From assembly GCA_051878795.1 (NCBI GenBank), contig JBJEKU010000010.1:13231-77230 (forward strand): a stretch of DNA of 64,000 nucleotides, written 5' to 3'. The stretch is from Eggerthellaceae bacterium. Its GTDB lineage: Bacteria > Actinomycetota > Coriobacteriia > Coriobacteriales > Eggerthellaceae. Positions within the stretch are counted from its first letter, which is position 1. Each line of letters begins with the position of its first letter. Under the pieces are notes generated by a model, which had not been told where the DNA came from, searched no databases, and saw only the letters and a program-made list of their open reading frames with translations. The position numbers were made by a program, and so were the translations under genes. This document shows positions 41,588-50,639 of this stretch, one piece after another.

Positions 41588-42034
41588 ATGAAGACCGAAC
41601 GACTCACCGAGGACCTGTTGAAGCGCCTTCTGGCGTCGTCCTCGATGGAAGACTATTTCGACGAAGAGGATTCCACAGTTGAAACGACGTTGGTCGACTT
41701 CCTTTCGGGATTGCTGAGGGAAAAGGGCCTGAAGCGTGCCGACGTGGTGCGCGGCAGCAGCCTGAATGCCACGGTGGTCTACGATATCTTTTCCGGGAAG
41801 AGCCGTCCCGGCCGCGATCACGCCATCATGCTCGCCTTAGGCCTAGGATGCGATTTGGCGCAGACCCAGAGGCTGATGCGCTTGGCGGGTGTTTCGGTGC
41901 TTTGGTGCAAGAACCGCAGGGATGCCATCATCATCTGGGGCATCGAAAAGGGATTCGATCGCGCCAGGATCGACGACGAGCTATGGCGCTTGGGTGAAAA
42001 GACCCTGTTCGCAACGGGTCCCCTGAAGAAGTAA
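41588..42034 (+). CDS. Putative XRE-like helix-turn-helix protein
   Basis: LREKGLKRADVVRGSSLNATVVYDIFSGKSRPGRDHAIMLALGLG resembles a Cro/C1-type HTH followed by a helical domain. Confidence 0.55.
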   Translation: MKTERLTEDLLKRLLASSSMEDYFDEEDSTVETTLVDFLSGLLREKGLKRADVVRGSSLNATVVYDIFSGKSRPGRDHAIMLALGLGCDLAQTQRLMRLAGVSVLWCKNRRDAIIIWGIEKGFDRARIDDELWRLGEKTLFATGPLKK

Positions 42035-42258
42035 TCCCTCAGGGCGTCGCTTAGGGCAAAGCTTCCCTTTGGTTTGCTCGGCCTCTTCTCTTTTACAGAT
42101 GAGGATTTTTCAGTTGTCAACTGAGGAAGCTCATTCTTCTTGCGATTATCATAGGTCGTTGCTGCTGCGCTGCGTTTGCTTGGCTTGCGCATCGGCGTTC
42201 GGGCCGATTGTTTGGATTGGAATGTGGACGGGAACCGGAATTGGATGACAAAAGGGTA

Positions 42259-44049
42259 ATGCACAGTATGAGCATCGACGATGCCTACACTGTGGAACGC
42301 GTGCTGGCCCAGGGGAAATCGGGCATGACCGAAATCGTCACCATCGACGGCACCGGTCCCTTCATCCGCAAGCGCATCTTCCACGCGTCCGCCCATCGTA
42401 GCGTTTGGGCAGCGCTTTCCGAGTGTTCCTGCCCGCGTCTGCCCCACGTGGAGGCGACATACGAAACGCCCGACACCTTCGTGGTGATATGCAGCTATGT
42501 TCCCGGTTGCACCCTCGCCGAGCATATGGCGGAAGGGAAGGGGCAGGCTCCCAAGCAGGCGCTCGCCATCATAGAGGGCATCTGCGAAGCGGTTGCGGAA
42601 CTGCATCGCCACAGCATCATCCATTGCGATATCACGCCCGAGAACATCATCATCGCAGCCGATGGGGCCCATTTGATCGATCTGGGTATCGCCCGCATGG
42701 AATACGAGGGCTCTTCCAGCCAGTCCGCCCATCTGGGAACCTGGGGCTTTGCGGCCCCTGAACAGTACGGCTTCGCCAATGTGGACAGGCGGTCCGACAT
42801 CTATTCGCTCGGCAGGCTTTCGGGTTACCTTCTCACGGGAATAAGGCCTGATTCCGACCGCTTCGAGCCTGCGCTTGCCGATTTGGCCCGGCAGCAGCCT
42901 GGATTGCTTCGCGTTATCAAGCGGGCATGCACCTTCGAGCCGAGCGGCAGATACCAATCGGTCGCATCGTTCTTGGAGGATTTCCGCGCTGCGGTATCGG
43001 GTGGGGTGAATCTGCCTGCATCGAATGCCGCCGACAGAGGAGAGGGCGCAGGTGCTCCTTTCGGAGATGCTGAATGCGGGAATGCCCATGCAACGCCTGC
43101 GGCCCCCTTCGGGGCGCAGGGTTCGTCCGCTCCTCCTTCCGCTGCCTCGAATGCATATTGGGATACTCCGTCCCAGCAGGGTCTCGGCGCGGATGCCGAG
43201 GCTTCGGGTGCCCGACCTGCGGAAAAGAAGCCCCGCAGGAAGGCAATCGTGCTCGTCGTGCTCGCCGTGTGCGTGGTTCTGGCGGCCCTTGCGGGTGGTG
43301 GATATGCCCTCTTTTCGATAGCCTCTTCGCATTCGGATGAGTCGAGGTCCGTTAGGGAGACTCCTTCCGCCTCGGAAATCCAGGCGGATTCTTCTCTCGG
43401 CTCGGAAGCCTCGTCTTCTTCGATCGGGGATGACGCTCGGTCAAGCGCGGTTACCGCCGACGAAGTGCCTTTCAGCATCGTGGAGAGCGGCTACTCGGTT
43501 TCCAGCAGCGGATACGTCCATTATGCCGTCACCATCCGAAACGATTCGGAAGACCGGGCGTTGCTTTGCCCGGAGATCATCATCACGGGACGCGGCAAGG
43601 ACGGCAGCGTGGTGTTCTCCGATACCCAGACCTACAACGTGATATCCCCTGGGACGGAGATGACCTTCACCGGACAGGCGGGTAATGGGAATGCGCCTGC
43701 GGAGGTGGGGTTCTCGACGGGTTCGTCGATGGGGTCCACGTGGACTTCGTCCCTTTCCAGCGGGGAATGCTATACGGTCGAGAACGCTTCCTATGTGGAA
43801 GGCTCGCTCGGAGGGTCGTTTGTCGGCGAGGTTACGACCAATCCGGGCACGACCGAGGCGCTGGGCGGGCAACCCCTGCATGACAATGTGCGAATCGATT
43901 TGGTGTTGAAAGATGGGTCCGGAAAGCTCGCGGGTGGATTCGAAACCTACATCACCCCTGCGAAGGAAGGCGAATCCACGACATTCGAAGTCCGAATGTA
44001 CGACGATATCCCCTTCGACTCCTACGAAATCTACGCTTCGGCATGGTAA
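42259..44049 (+). CDS. Ser/Thr protein kinase (non-RD type), single TM, extracellular tandem beta-rich domains
   Basis: Kinase core with IIHCDITPENIII and DLGIA, APE-like FAAPEQ, Pro/Ala-rich linker, TM segment IVLVVLAVCVVLAALAGGGYALF, and an ectodomain of about 230 aa ending FEVRMYDDIPF. ATG 42259. Confidence 0.85.
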   Translation: MHSMSIDDAYTVERVLAQGKSGMTEIVTIDGTGPFIRKRIFHASAHRSVWAALSECSCPRLPHVEATYETPDTFVVICSYVPGCTLAEHMAEGKGQAPKQALAIIEGICEAVAELHRHSIIHCDITPENIIIAADGAHLIDLGIARMEYEGSSSQSAHLGTWGFAAPEQYGFANVDRRSDIYSLGRLSGYLLTGIRPDSDRFEPALADLARQQPGLLRVIKRACTFEPSGRYQSVASFLEDFRAAVSGGVNLPASNAADRGEGAGAPFGDAECGNAHATPAAPFGAQGSSAPPSAASNAYWDTPSQQGLGADAEASGARPAEKKPRRKAIVLVVLAVCVVLAALAGGGYALFSIASSHSDESRSVRETPSASEIQADSSLGSEASSSSIGDDARSSAVTADEVPFSIVESGYSVSSSGYVHYAVTIRNDSEDRALLCPEIIITGRGKDGSVVFSDTQTYNVISPGTEMTFTGQAGNGNAPAEVGFSTGSSMGSTWTSSLSSGECYTVENASYVEGSLGGSFVGEVTTNPGTTEALGGQPLHDNVRIDLVLKDGSGKLAGGFETYITPAKEGESTTFEVRMYDDIPFDSYEIYASAW

Positions 44050-44075
44050 GGGCATCCTTACCGTCCTGGCAGGCG

Positions 44076-44115
44076 AAGGGCGGGCGGCTTCTTTCGAGGC
44101 CGTCCGCCCTTTTCC
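44076..44115. terminator. Bidirectional terminator hairpin
   Basis: AAGGGCGGGCGGC...GCCGTCCGCCCTT (one mismatch) followed by TTTTCC, between convergent genes. Confidence 0.55.
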
Positions 44116-44251
44116 GTGTCCGGTTCATGAATGCTGTCGCAGGGCTTGGCGCCGCATCGCGGAGGGTGCGGGCGCCCGCTAATCCGCCCTTCCGATGTGC
44201 GGCGAATCGGAGTTGATGCCGTGTTGTGGGAGCGCGGGCTCCCGGTCGCCG

Positions 44252-45553
44252 TTATTCCTGCAGTTCTCCGATTATGCGCTGCACGCTCGCGCCGGTCTCG
44301 TAGATGGCGCGCTCGATGTCGATGCCGGCCCATTCCCCGTCGCGGTAGCGCACGCTGCCGTCGACCATGGTCAGCACCACGTCGCTGCCATGCCCGGCGT
44401 ATACCACGTTGGCAGGTCCGTTGGTCATGGGCGCCCAGCTGGGTCCGCTTGTGTCGAGCACGCACAGGTCGGCCTTCATGCCCTCTGCGATCAGGCCGCA
44501 GTCATCGCGTCCCTGGCTCAAGGCGCCAGTGCGGGTCGCCGCGCGAAGTACCTGCTGCGGAGTGATGGCGGCGGGGTCCAGGGTGGATCCGCAGGCGCAC
44601 AGGGCCATGACGTACATATCCTGCATCATGTCATGGTTGTTGTTGGAGGAGCAGCCGTCGGTGCCCAGCGCCACGTTGATGCCCTCGTCGAGCATGCGCT
44701 TGATCGGTGCGAATCCGCTACCCAGCTTCATGTTGGAGACGGGGTTGGTTGCGACGAAGACGCCACGGTCCCGCAGGATCTGGAAATCGGGTTCTTCCAG
44801 CCAGACGCAGTGCGCCGCGGTGGTGGGGTTCTCGAATACGCCCAAACTGTCGAAGTACTGGATGGGTGTCATGCCATCGTGGCGCTGTTTGCATTCCTCG
44901 GTTTCCAACTTGGTCTCGCTTGCATGCAGATGGATGCGCAGGCCGCGCTCCTTCGCCAGCTGCGCGATGTCGCGCACGACTTGGGGGTTGCTGGTGTATT
45001 CGGCGTGGATGTTGTAGTCCACCAGCAGGCGTCCGTTCTCTGCTCCATGGAAACGCTCGATCAGCTGGTCGTTCAGCTGGCAGATGGGGTATTCGGAATA
45101 GGGCTTGGGCTCGAATGCCAGCAGGCCTTCGCAAGAGTTCATCTTCATACCCGCTTCGGCGACTGCGCGGAAGCGGTCTTCGGAGCAGTAGTACATGTCG
45201 CTGAAGCTTACGGTGCCATAGCGCAGCATCTCAGCGCACGCCAGCACGGTGCCCCAGTAGTTGTCTTCAGGTGTCATCTTCGCTTCGAATGGCCAGATGC
45301 GGTCGTTGAGCCATTCTTGCAGGGGCAGTGCCTCGCCGTAGCCGCGCAGGATGGTCATGGGCGAATGTGCATGGGCGTTGAAGAAGCCGGGCATGAGCAA
45401 GCGGTTCGCTCCCGCATACTTCTCGCCGTAGGCTTCGGGGTTTTCGGGTGCCTGGGTTCCTACGTAGGCGATGCGGTCGTCTACGGTGCCGACCCAGCAG
45501 TGTTCGACCATGTTGAAATCCTGATCGAGGATGCGGATGTCTTCGAAGAGCAC
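44252..45553 (-). CDS. mtaD: Amidohydrolase, 5'-methylthioadenosine/S-adenosylhomocysteine deaminase type
   Basis: GTG start at 45553 with a TAAGGAGGAA RBS. PGFFNAHAHSPMT, LHLHASET, HCVWL, ALGTDG. Confidence 0.85.
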   Translation of the reverse strand: MLFEDIRILDQDFNMVEHCWVGTVDDRIAYVGTQAPENPEAYGEKYAGANRLLMPGFFNAHAHSPMTILRGYGEALPLQEWLNDRIWPFEAKMTPEDNYWGTVLACAEMLRYGTVSFSDMYYCSEDRFRAVAEAGMKMNSCEGLLAFEPKPYSEYPICQLNDQLIERFHGAENGRLLVDYNIHAEYTSNPQVVRDIAQLAKERGLRIHLHASETKLETEECKQRHDGMTPIQYFDSLGVFENPTTAAHCVWLEEPDFQILRDRGVFVATNPVSNMKLGSGFAPIKRMLDEGINVALGTDGCSSNNNHDMMQDMYVMALCACGSTLDPAAITPQQVLRAATRTGALSQGRDDCGLIAEGMKADLCVLDTSGPSWAPMTNGPANVVYAGHGSDVVLTMVDGSVRYRDGEWAGIDIERAIYETGASVQRIIGELQE

Positions 45554-45798
45554 GGTTCCTCCTTAGGCTTGGGTTTCTGGGGGCATTCTATCGCAACGAG
45601 GCGCCTTCCTCCGTTGCATTTCCCGGCTATCCCTCTGCCGTGAAGGCAGGGGAGCTGCAGGCTTCCTGCGAGGGCTTGCTTCCATTGCGCTATAATAAGC
45701 AGGTTTGATTTATCCGCATTGCCGAAGCGCGTTGCGCGAACAGGCACCAGAGCACCCAGGCGGCATCATCAGCTGTCGGGGCAGAGGAGAAACGCAAC

Positions 45799-47376
45799 AT
45801 GTCAAAGGGAACCTATTCCTTCACCACACCGATCTACTACGTGAACGCAGCACCGCACCTGGGCACCGCGTACACCACCATCGCGGCAGATACCGTGGCC
45901 CGTTACCAGCGTATGAACGACTACGACGTCGCCTTCATCACCGGCCTTGACGAGCATGGCCAGAAGGTTGCCGAAACCGCAGAGCGCAACGGCATGCAGC
46001 CCCAGGAATGGTGCGACAGCATGGTCCCTGCCTTCAAGGATGCCTGGGACATGCTCGATATCACCTACGATCGTTTCGTGCGCACCACCGAGCCCGCGCA
46101 GACCCGTACTGTCCAGAAGTTCTGGAACGACCTGTACGAAAAGGGCTATCTGTACAAGAGCGCCTATGAGGGTTGGTACTGCGTGCATGAGGAAACCTAC
46201 TACGCGGAAAGCGACCTGGAGAAGAACGAGGAGGGCGAATTCGTCTGCCCCGATTGCAAGCGCCCCGTCCGCCGTGCATCCGGCGAAGAGAACTGGTTCT
46301 TCAAGCTTTCCGAATTCCAGGAGCCCTTGCTCAAGTTCTATGAGGAGAACCCCGACTTCATCCGTCCCGAGACCCGTAGAAACGAAGTGGTCACCTTCGT
46401 CAAGGGCGGTCTGCAGGACCTGTCCATCAGCCGTTCCACTTTCGATTGGGGCATCCCCCTGCCCTTCGATGAGGGCCATGTCTGCTACGTTTGGGCGGAC
46501 GCGCTGCTGGCGTATATCACCGGCATCGGCTATGCGGATCCCGAAAAGCCCGGCGAGTTCGAGCGCCGCTGGCCCATGCAGTACCACTTCGTGGGCAAGG
46601 ACATCACCCGTTTCCATTGCGTGATCTGGCCCGCCATGCTGATGGCGGCAGGCCTGCCCATCACCGGCACCGTGTTCGGCCATGGCTTCCTCATGGTGGG
46701 CGGCGAGAAGATGTCCAAGTCCAAGGGCAACGGCATCAAGCCCGCCGACCTGGTGCGTATCTTCGGCGTCGACGCGTACCGCTATTATTTCATGAGCGAC
46801 GTGCAGTTCGGCCATGACGGAAACATCAGCATCGAGCGCATGGTCCAGGTGTACAACGCCGATTTGGCCAATACCTGGGGCAACCTGTGCAGCCGCGTGT
46901 TCAATATGACCGGCAAGTACTTCGATGGCGTGGTTCCCCAGGCCCCCGAAGGCGCCCAGGACAATCCCCTGCATGAAATCGCCAAGGACCTGTATGCCGA
47001 ATACGACGCCTGCATGGCGCGCGTCGACTTCACCGGCGCCGCCGCCGCAGTCCAGAAGCTTGCAGGCCGCGTGAACCTCTATGTCGAGGAATCCGCACCC
47101 TGGAACCTGGCCAAGAGCGAGGAAACCCGCGAGCAGCTGGCGGCCGTTATCTACAACTCCCTGGAAGCCATCCGCATCATCGCCCTGTTCATGGCCCCCT
47201 TCATGCCCAACACCTCCAACGAGGTCTTCCGCCGCATGAGCCTGGGCTGCGTGACCGACATCACCGACATCGAGGCGGCTTCCCGTTGGGGCGGCCTGCC
47301 CGCCGGCAACGCGGTGGAAAAGGGCGACCCGCTGTTCCCGCGTCTGGACGTCGATTCCATCGACCTTTCCCTGTAG
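45799..47376 (+). CDS. metG: Methionine--tRNA ligase
   Basis: PIYYVNAAPHLGTAYT (HIGH), the Zn knuckle CPDCKRPV, and KMSKSKGN (KMSKS). Confidence 0.97.
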   Translation: MSKGTYSFTTPIYYVNAAPHLGTAYTTIAADTVARYQRMNDYDVAFITGLDEHGQKVAETAERNGMQPQEWCDSMVPAFKDAWDMLDITYDRFVRTTEPAQTRTVQKFWNDLYEKGYLYKSAYEGWYCVHEETYYAESDLEKNEEGEFVCPDCKRPVRRASGEENWFFKLSEFQEPLLKFYEENPDFIRPETRRNEVVTFVKGGLQDLSISRSTFDWGIPLPFDEGHVCYVWADALLAYITGIGYADPEKPGEFERRWPMQYHFVGKDITRFHCVIWPAMLMAAGLPITGTVFGHGFLMVGGEKMSKSKGNGIKPADLVRIFGVDAYRYYFMSDVQFGHDGNISIERMVQVYNADLANTWGNLCSRVFNMTGKYFDGVVPQAPEGAQDNPLHEIAKDLYAEYDACMARVDFTGAAAAVQKLAGRVNLYVEESAPWNLAKSEETREQLAAVIYNSLEAIRIIALFMAPFMPNTSNEVFRRMSLGCVTDITDIEAASRWGGLPAGNAVEKGDPLFPRLDVDSIDLSL

Positions 47377-47388
47377 GAGGAACCTTCC

Positions 47389-48429
47389 ATGGCAATGACT
47401 ACCGCCCTGCATATGTTTGCAGACAACTCCGATAAGCTGGAAGAGCAGTGGAAGCAGCGCGATGCCGAAGCGGGCATCGAGCGCGAAGAGGCTTTCTACG
47501 ACCTGAAGTTCCGAGTGAAGAAGAAGGATGGGGAATACAAGGAAATCCCTGCTCCCGAACCCGAGCTGGAAGGTCCCGTCGCCGACGTGCACTGCCATCT
47601 TTCCATGCTCGATAACCGCGACCTGTCCCTTGCGCGCTCTGCCGCATACAACATCAACCTGATGGTGTGCGTCACCGACATCGTCGAAGATGCCGGTAGC
47701 GTATACAGCAGCATGGGCGGGTGGATCATGTCCGCGGGTGCCTGGCAGCATGTAATCGACAAGGATTCCTTCGTCTTCGACCCCATCATCCGCCTTACCT
47801 GCGGCTGCCACCCCCATAATGCCAAGGACTACAACTCCAGCGTGGAGTCCGGCCTGCTCGAGCGCTTGGCCGACAAGCGCACCTGCGCCCTGGGCGAAAT
47901 CGGTCTGGACTACCATTACGATTTCTCCCCGCGCGATAGGCAGCAGAAGGTCTTCCGCCGCCAGCTCCAGCTTGCGCATCGTACCGGCCTTCCCGTGCAG
48001 CTGCACATCCGCGAGGCGCATGAGGACGCCCTGCGCATCCTGGACGAAGAAGGCATGCCCGAAGGCGGTTGCGTGCTGCATTGCTGCACCCTGGGTCCGA
48101 AGGAGCTGGAGCCCTGGTTGGAGCGCGACTGCTATATCAGCGTAGGAGGCTCCGTTACCTTTGCAAGCTGCGATGACCTGCGCGAATCCGTGAAGATCAT
48201 CCCTGCGAACCGCCTGCTCACCGAAACCGACAGCCCCTATATGGCGCCCGTGCCCCTGCGCGGACGCAAGTGCAGCCCCGAGTTCGCCGTGTTCACCGCG
48301 GCCAAGATCGCCGAAATCCGAGGCTGCGAGCCCGGGGATGCCCGTCGCGAGCTTCTGGCGACCATGTTCAAGAATGCCCGCGACCTGTTCGACCGCGGAG
48401 CTACCACGTGGCAGATGTCCGCACGATAA
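47389..48429 (+). CDS. TatD-family metal-dependent hydrolase with an N-terminal extension of about 60 aa
   Basis: DVHCHL, LGEIGLDYHY, VQLHIREA, VLHCC, TETDSPYM. RBS TAGGAGG. Confidence 0.9.
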   Translation: MAMTTALHMFADNSDKLEEQWKQRDAEAGIEREEAFYDLKFRVKKKDGEYKEIPAPEPELEGPVADVHCHLSMLDNRDLSLARSAAYNINLMVCVTDIVEDAGSVYSSMGGWIMSAGAWQHVIDKDSFVFDPIIRLTCGCHPHNAKDYNSSVESGLLERLADKRTCALGEIGLDYHYDFSPRDRQQKVFRRQLQLAHRTGLPVQLHIREAHEDALRILDEEGMPEGGCVLHCCTLGPKELEPWLERDCYISVGGSVTFASCDDLRESVKIIPANRLLTETDSPYMAPVPLRGRKCSPEFAVFTAAKIAEIRGCEPGDARRELLATMFKNARDLFDRGATTWQMSAR

Positions 48430-48935
48430 TCTGCGGGTCGCCCCAACGAAACGGCAAGTGCGCCTGTGCTGCAGGGTATCTTCGCGATGCCCTGCAGGGG
48501 CGCTTCCCCGAAGACCAAGTGAACCTGCTTTCCGTGGCGGATTTGGATATCGATCCGTGTGTCGGCTGCAATGCCTGCCTGGATAGCGGCGGTTGCGTCT
48601 TCGATGACGGAATGTCCCAGGTTCTGGACCTTTTGGGCGGCACGGATTACCTGTATGTGATCTGCCCCGTGTATTTTGCAGGTCCTCCTTCCCAGATGAA
48701 GGCCCTGCTCGATCGCCTTCAACCTTTGTTTGCCGCCTATGACCCGAAGGTGCCCAAGCGGCCTGCAAAGCTCATGGCGGTGGGGCAGGGAGGGGACCCC
48801 CATGGCTATGCGCCCTTGGAAACCATCATGCGCTCTGCTTTGGCGGTTGCGGGGTTTCGCCTGGAAGGGGTGCTGCCCTGTATCGGTGAAAGCTGCGATC
48901 GGGCTTGCGATCGAGCCTTGGAGATGATCGGCTGA
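48408..48935 (+). CDS. Flavodoxin-like (NADPH-dependent FMN reductase / iron-sulfur flavoprotein type) protein
   Basis: I chose GTG 48408, 7 nt after GGAG, which overlaps the tatD end by 22 nt. IICGSPQRNGK, CVGCNAC, VICPVYFAGPPSQMKALLDR. Confidence 0.7.
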   Translation: MADVRTIICGSPQRNGKCACAAGYLRDALQGRFPEDQVNLLSVADLDIDPCVGCNACLDSGGCVFDDGMSQVLDLLGGTDYLYVICPVYFAGPPSQMKALLDRLQPLFAAYDPKVPKRPAKLMAVGQGGDPHGYAPLETIMRSALAVAGFRLEGVLPCIGESCDRACDRALEMIG

Positions 48936-49013
48936 GGACGCGCTGAGCGCGACTCGCCTGGATAGGACGACGCGTCCGCTCATTACGGGCGCAGCATGAA
49001 GGGAGTTCTTCCG

Positions 49014-49898
49014 ATGACCGACCGGCTTTCCCCGCTTGCAAGCGTGCCGGCAACACGCGAGGTGCTCGAGGCGCATGGGTTGGCAACCAAGAAGGCCTTG
49101 GGCCAGCATTTCCTCATCAACGACGGTATCGTCCGCCATATCTGCGATCTGGCGGAATTGGTTGAATCCGACCGCGTGCTTGAAATCGGCCCGGGTATCG
49201 GCACGCTTACCGTTGCGCTCCTGCAGTGTTCGGGGGCGGTGACGGCAATCGAGCGCGATAGCGATCTGCCGCCCGTGCTCGCCCGCACCTGCGCGCGGTG
49301 GCAGGACCGTTTCACCTTGATCAACCGAGACGCTTTGGAAGTGATGCCTTCCGATCTTACCTACGAGCCGAATAAGCTGGTCTCGAACCTTCCCTATGCC
49401 GTTGCGGCAACCTTGGTGCTCGATTATTTCGAACGCTTCGAGTCTCTGGAATCGGCTACCGTGATGGTGCAGGCCGAAGTTGCCGACCGTATGGCGGCGA
49501 AGCCGGGGACGAAGAACTACGGCGCCTTCACGGTCAAGCTTTCCCTGTTCGCCCAGCCTGCAGGAAGGTTTCAGGTGAGCCCCGGCAATTTCTTCCCGCC
49601 TCCGCGCGTGAACAGCGCTGTGCTGCGCCTGGACAGGGTTCCCTGCAGGGATATGTCTCCCCAGCAGCGCAAGGCGACCATGGTTATGGCGGATGCGGCC
49701 TTCGCCAACCGCCGCAAGACCATTTCGAATTCCTGCCGTACCTACTTTTCGGGAGTGGAGGGCGCCCCGGACCTGCTTTCCCAGGTTTTCGGGGAGGCGG
49801 GGATCGATCCGCGCCGACGTGGCGAGTCCCTCGAACTCGCCGAGTTCAAGGCGCTCGGGGCGGCTGCCCTGGACCTTGGACTCGTTTCCCTGAGATAG
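49014..49898 (+). CDS. rsmA: 16S rRNA (adenine1518/1519-N6)-dimethyltransferase
   Basis: KKALGQHFLIND, LEIGPGIGTLT, SNLPY. I prefer ATG 49014 (GGGAG 8 nt upstream) over 48996. Confidence 0.92.
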   Translation: MTDRLSPLASVPATREVLEAHGLATKKALGQHFLINDGIVRHICDLAELVESDRVLEIGPGIGTLTVALLQCSGAVTAIERDSDLPPVLARTCARWQDRFTLINRDALEVMPSDLTYEPNKLVSNLPYAVAATLVLDYFERFESLESATVMVQAEVADRMAAKPGTKNYGAFTVKLSLFAQPAGRFQVSPGNFFPPPRVNSAVLRLDRVPCRDMSPQQRKATMVMADAAFANRRKTISNSCRTYFSGVEGAPDLLSQVFGEAGIDPRRRGESLELAEFKALGAAALDLGLVSLR

Positions 49899-49990
49899 TT
49901 CCGTACTCTCTGCCGAAAAGACAAATCGGCAACGGAATGGTTTCGATTTGTCGTGAAAAGTGGCATTTCCCAAACGATACCTGCTTTTTG

Positions 49991-50018
49991 TTGCGCTAAT
50001 TGACAATGGTGGTATAAT
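49991..50018 (+). promoter_or_regulatory. Putative sigma-70-type promoter for veg
   Basis: TTGCGC, then 16 nt, then TATAAT (50013-50018) in an AT-rich patch. A TTGACA is also present at 50000-50005, but it is too close to the -10 element. Confidence 0.4.
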
Positions 50019-50043
50019 CAATAGTTGCGTTTTCTGTATTAAT

Positions 50044-50397
50044 TTGGCAACTAGAAAGCAGTGGCAAGAATTGGATCTCGAAAAGCAGGCAAACATCGTC
50101 GGCAACATTCGCGAAACGCTGAATGGGCTTGTCGGCCAGCGTCTGTCCATTCGCGCCAACATGGGTCGTTCCAAGGTAATCGAATCCGAAGGAATCCTCA
50201 TGCAGGTTCATCCTCAGCTCTTCATCGTCGAGGTTGAACGCAGGCGTGGCAGGAAGACGCGTCAATCGTACCAGTATGTCGATATTCTCACCGGAACCGT
50301 GGAGCTGAGCAGGCATGGCGAGCCGGTATTCGGAGATTTCATCGAGGATGATTCTTCCGAAGATTCCCAGACCCCCCAAGCTTCCTTGGACTTCTAA
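50044..50397 (+). CDS. veg: Veg-family protein with an acidic C-terminal extension
   Basis: IRETLNGLVGQRLSIRANMGRSKVIESEGILMQVHPQLFIVEV...SYQYVDILTGTVEL aligns with my recollection of B. subtilis Veg. Only TTG (50044, 50071) or an upstream GTG (49960) is available, so the start is uncertain. Confidence 0.75.
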   Translation: MATRKQWQELDLEKQANIVGNIRETLNGLVGQRLSIRANMGRSKVIESEGILMQVHPQLFIVEVERRRGRKTRQSYQYVDILTGTVELSRHGEPVFGDFIEDDSSEDSQTPQASLDF

Positions 50398-50458
50398 AGC
50401 GAATCGCTGGAAAATATAAGCCGTCTCCGAGCAGCTTTTATTTTTCGCTCGGGCGCGG

Positions 50459-50487
50459 TTGACATTTTACGTTTGTGGGAGCACAAT
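50459..50487 (+). promoter_or_regulatory. Putative promoter of tRNA-Ala
   Basis: TTGACA (50459-50464), then 17 nt, then CACAAT (50482-50487), about 14 nt before the mature tRNA 5' end. Confidence 0.45.
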
Positions 50488-50501
50488 ATCTTCTGCTTCT
50501 T

Positions 50502-50577
50502 GGGGCATTAGCTCAGCTGGGAGAGCGCGGCGTTCGCAATGCCGAGGCCAGGGGTTCGATCCCCCTATGCTCCACCA
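50502..50577 (+). tRNA. tRNA-Ala (anticodon CGC), CCA encoded
   Basis: I folded the cloverleaf by hand. Acceptor GGGGCAT/ATGCTCC includes the G3:U70 Ala identity pair. D-arm GCTC-AGCTGGGA-GAGC, anticodon loop TTCGCAA, T-arm AGGGG-TTCGATC-CCCCT, 3' ACCA. Confidence 0.95.
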
Positions 50578-50586
50578 AGAACTCTC

Positions 50587-50613
50587 AGCGGCAAGTTATT
50601 CTTGCCGCTTTTT
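50587..50613 (+). terminator. Rho-independent terminator after tRNA-Ala
   Basis: AGCGGCAAG-TTATT-CTTGCCGCT followed by TTTTT. Confidence 0.8.
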
Positions 50614-50639
50614 GTTGTACCCAGGGAAAGGATCTAGAC

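Noticed and set aside
45554-45798. Possible T-box leaders upstream of metG (this region) and of alaS (59275-59325).
   Set aside because: No T-box consensus (the AATTAGGGTGGTACCGCG-like sequence) or specifier-loop architecture is visible. The alaS leader is only about 50 nt.
45802-48768. 988-aa ORF on the minus strand spanning metG, tatD and the flavodoxin-like gene.
   Set aside because: It is antisense to three genes with unambiguous family motifs. The product is Gly/Ala/Arg/His-rich low-complexity sequence typical of shadow ORFs in high-GC DNA, with no motifs or RBS.
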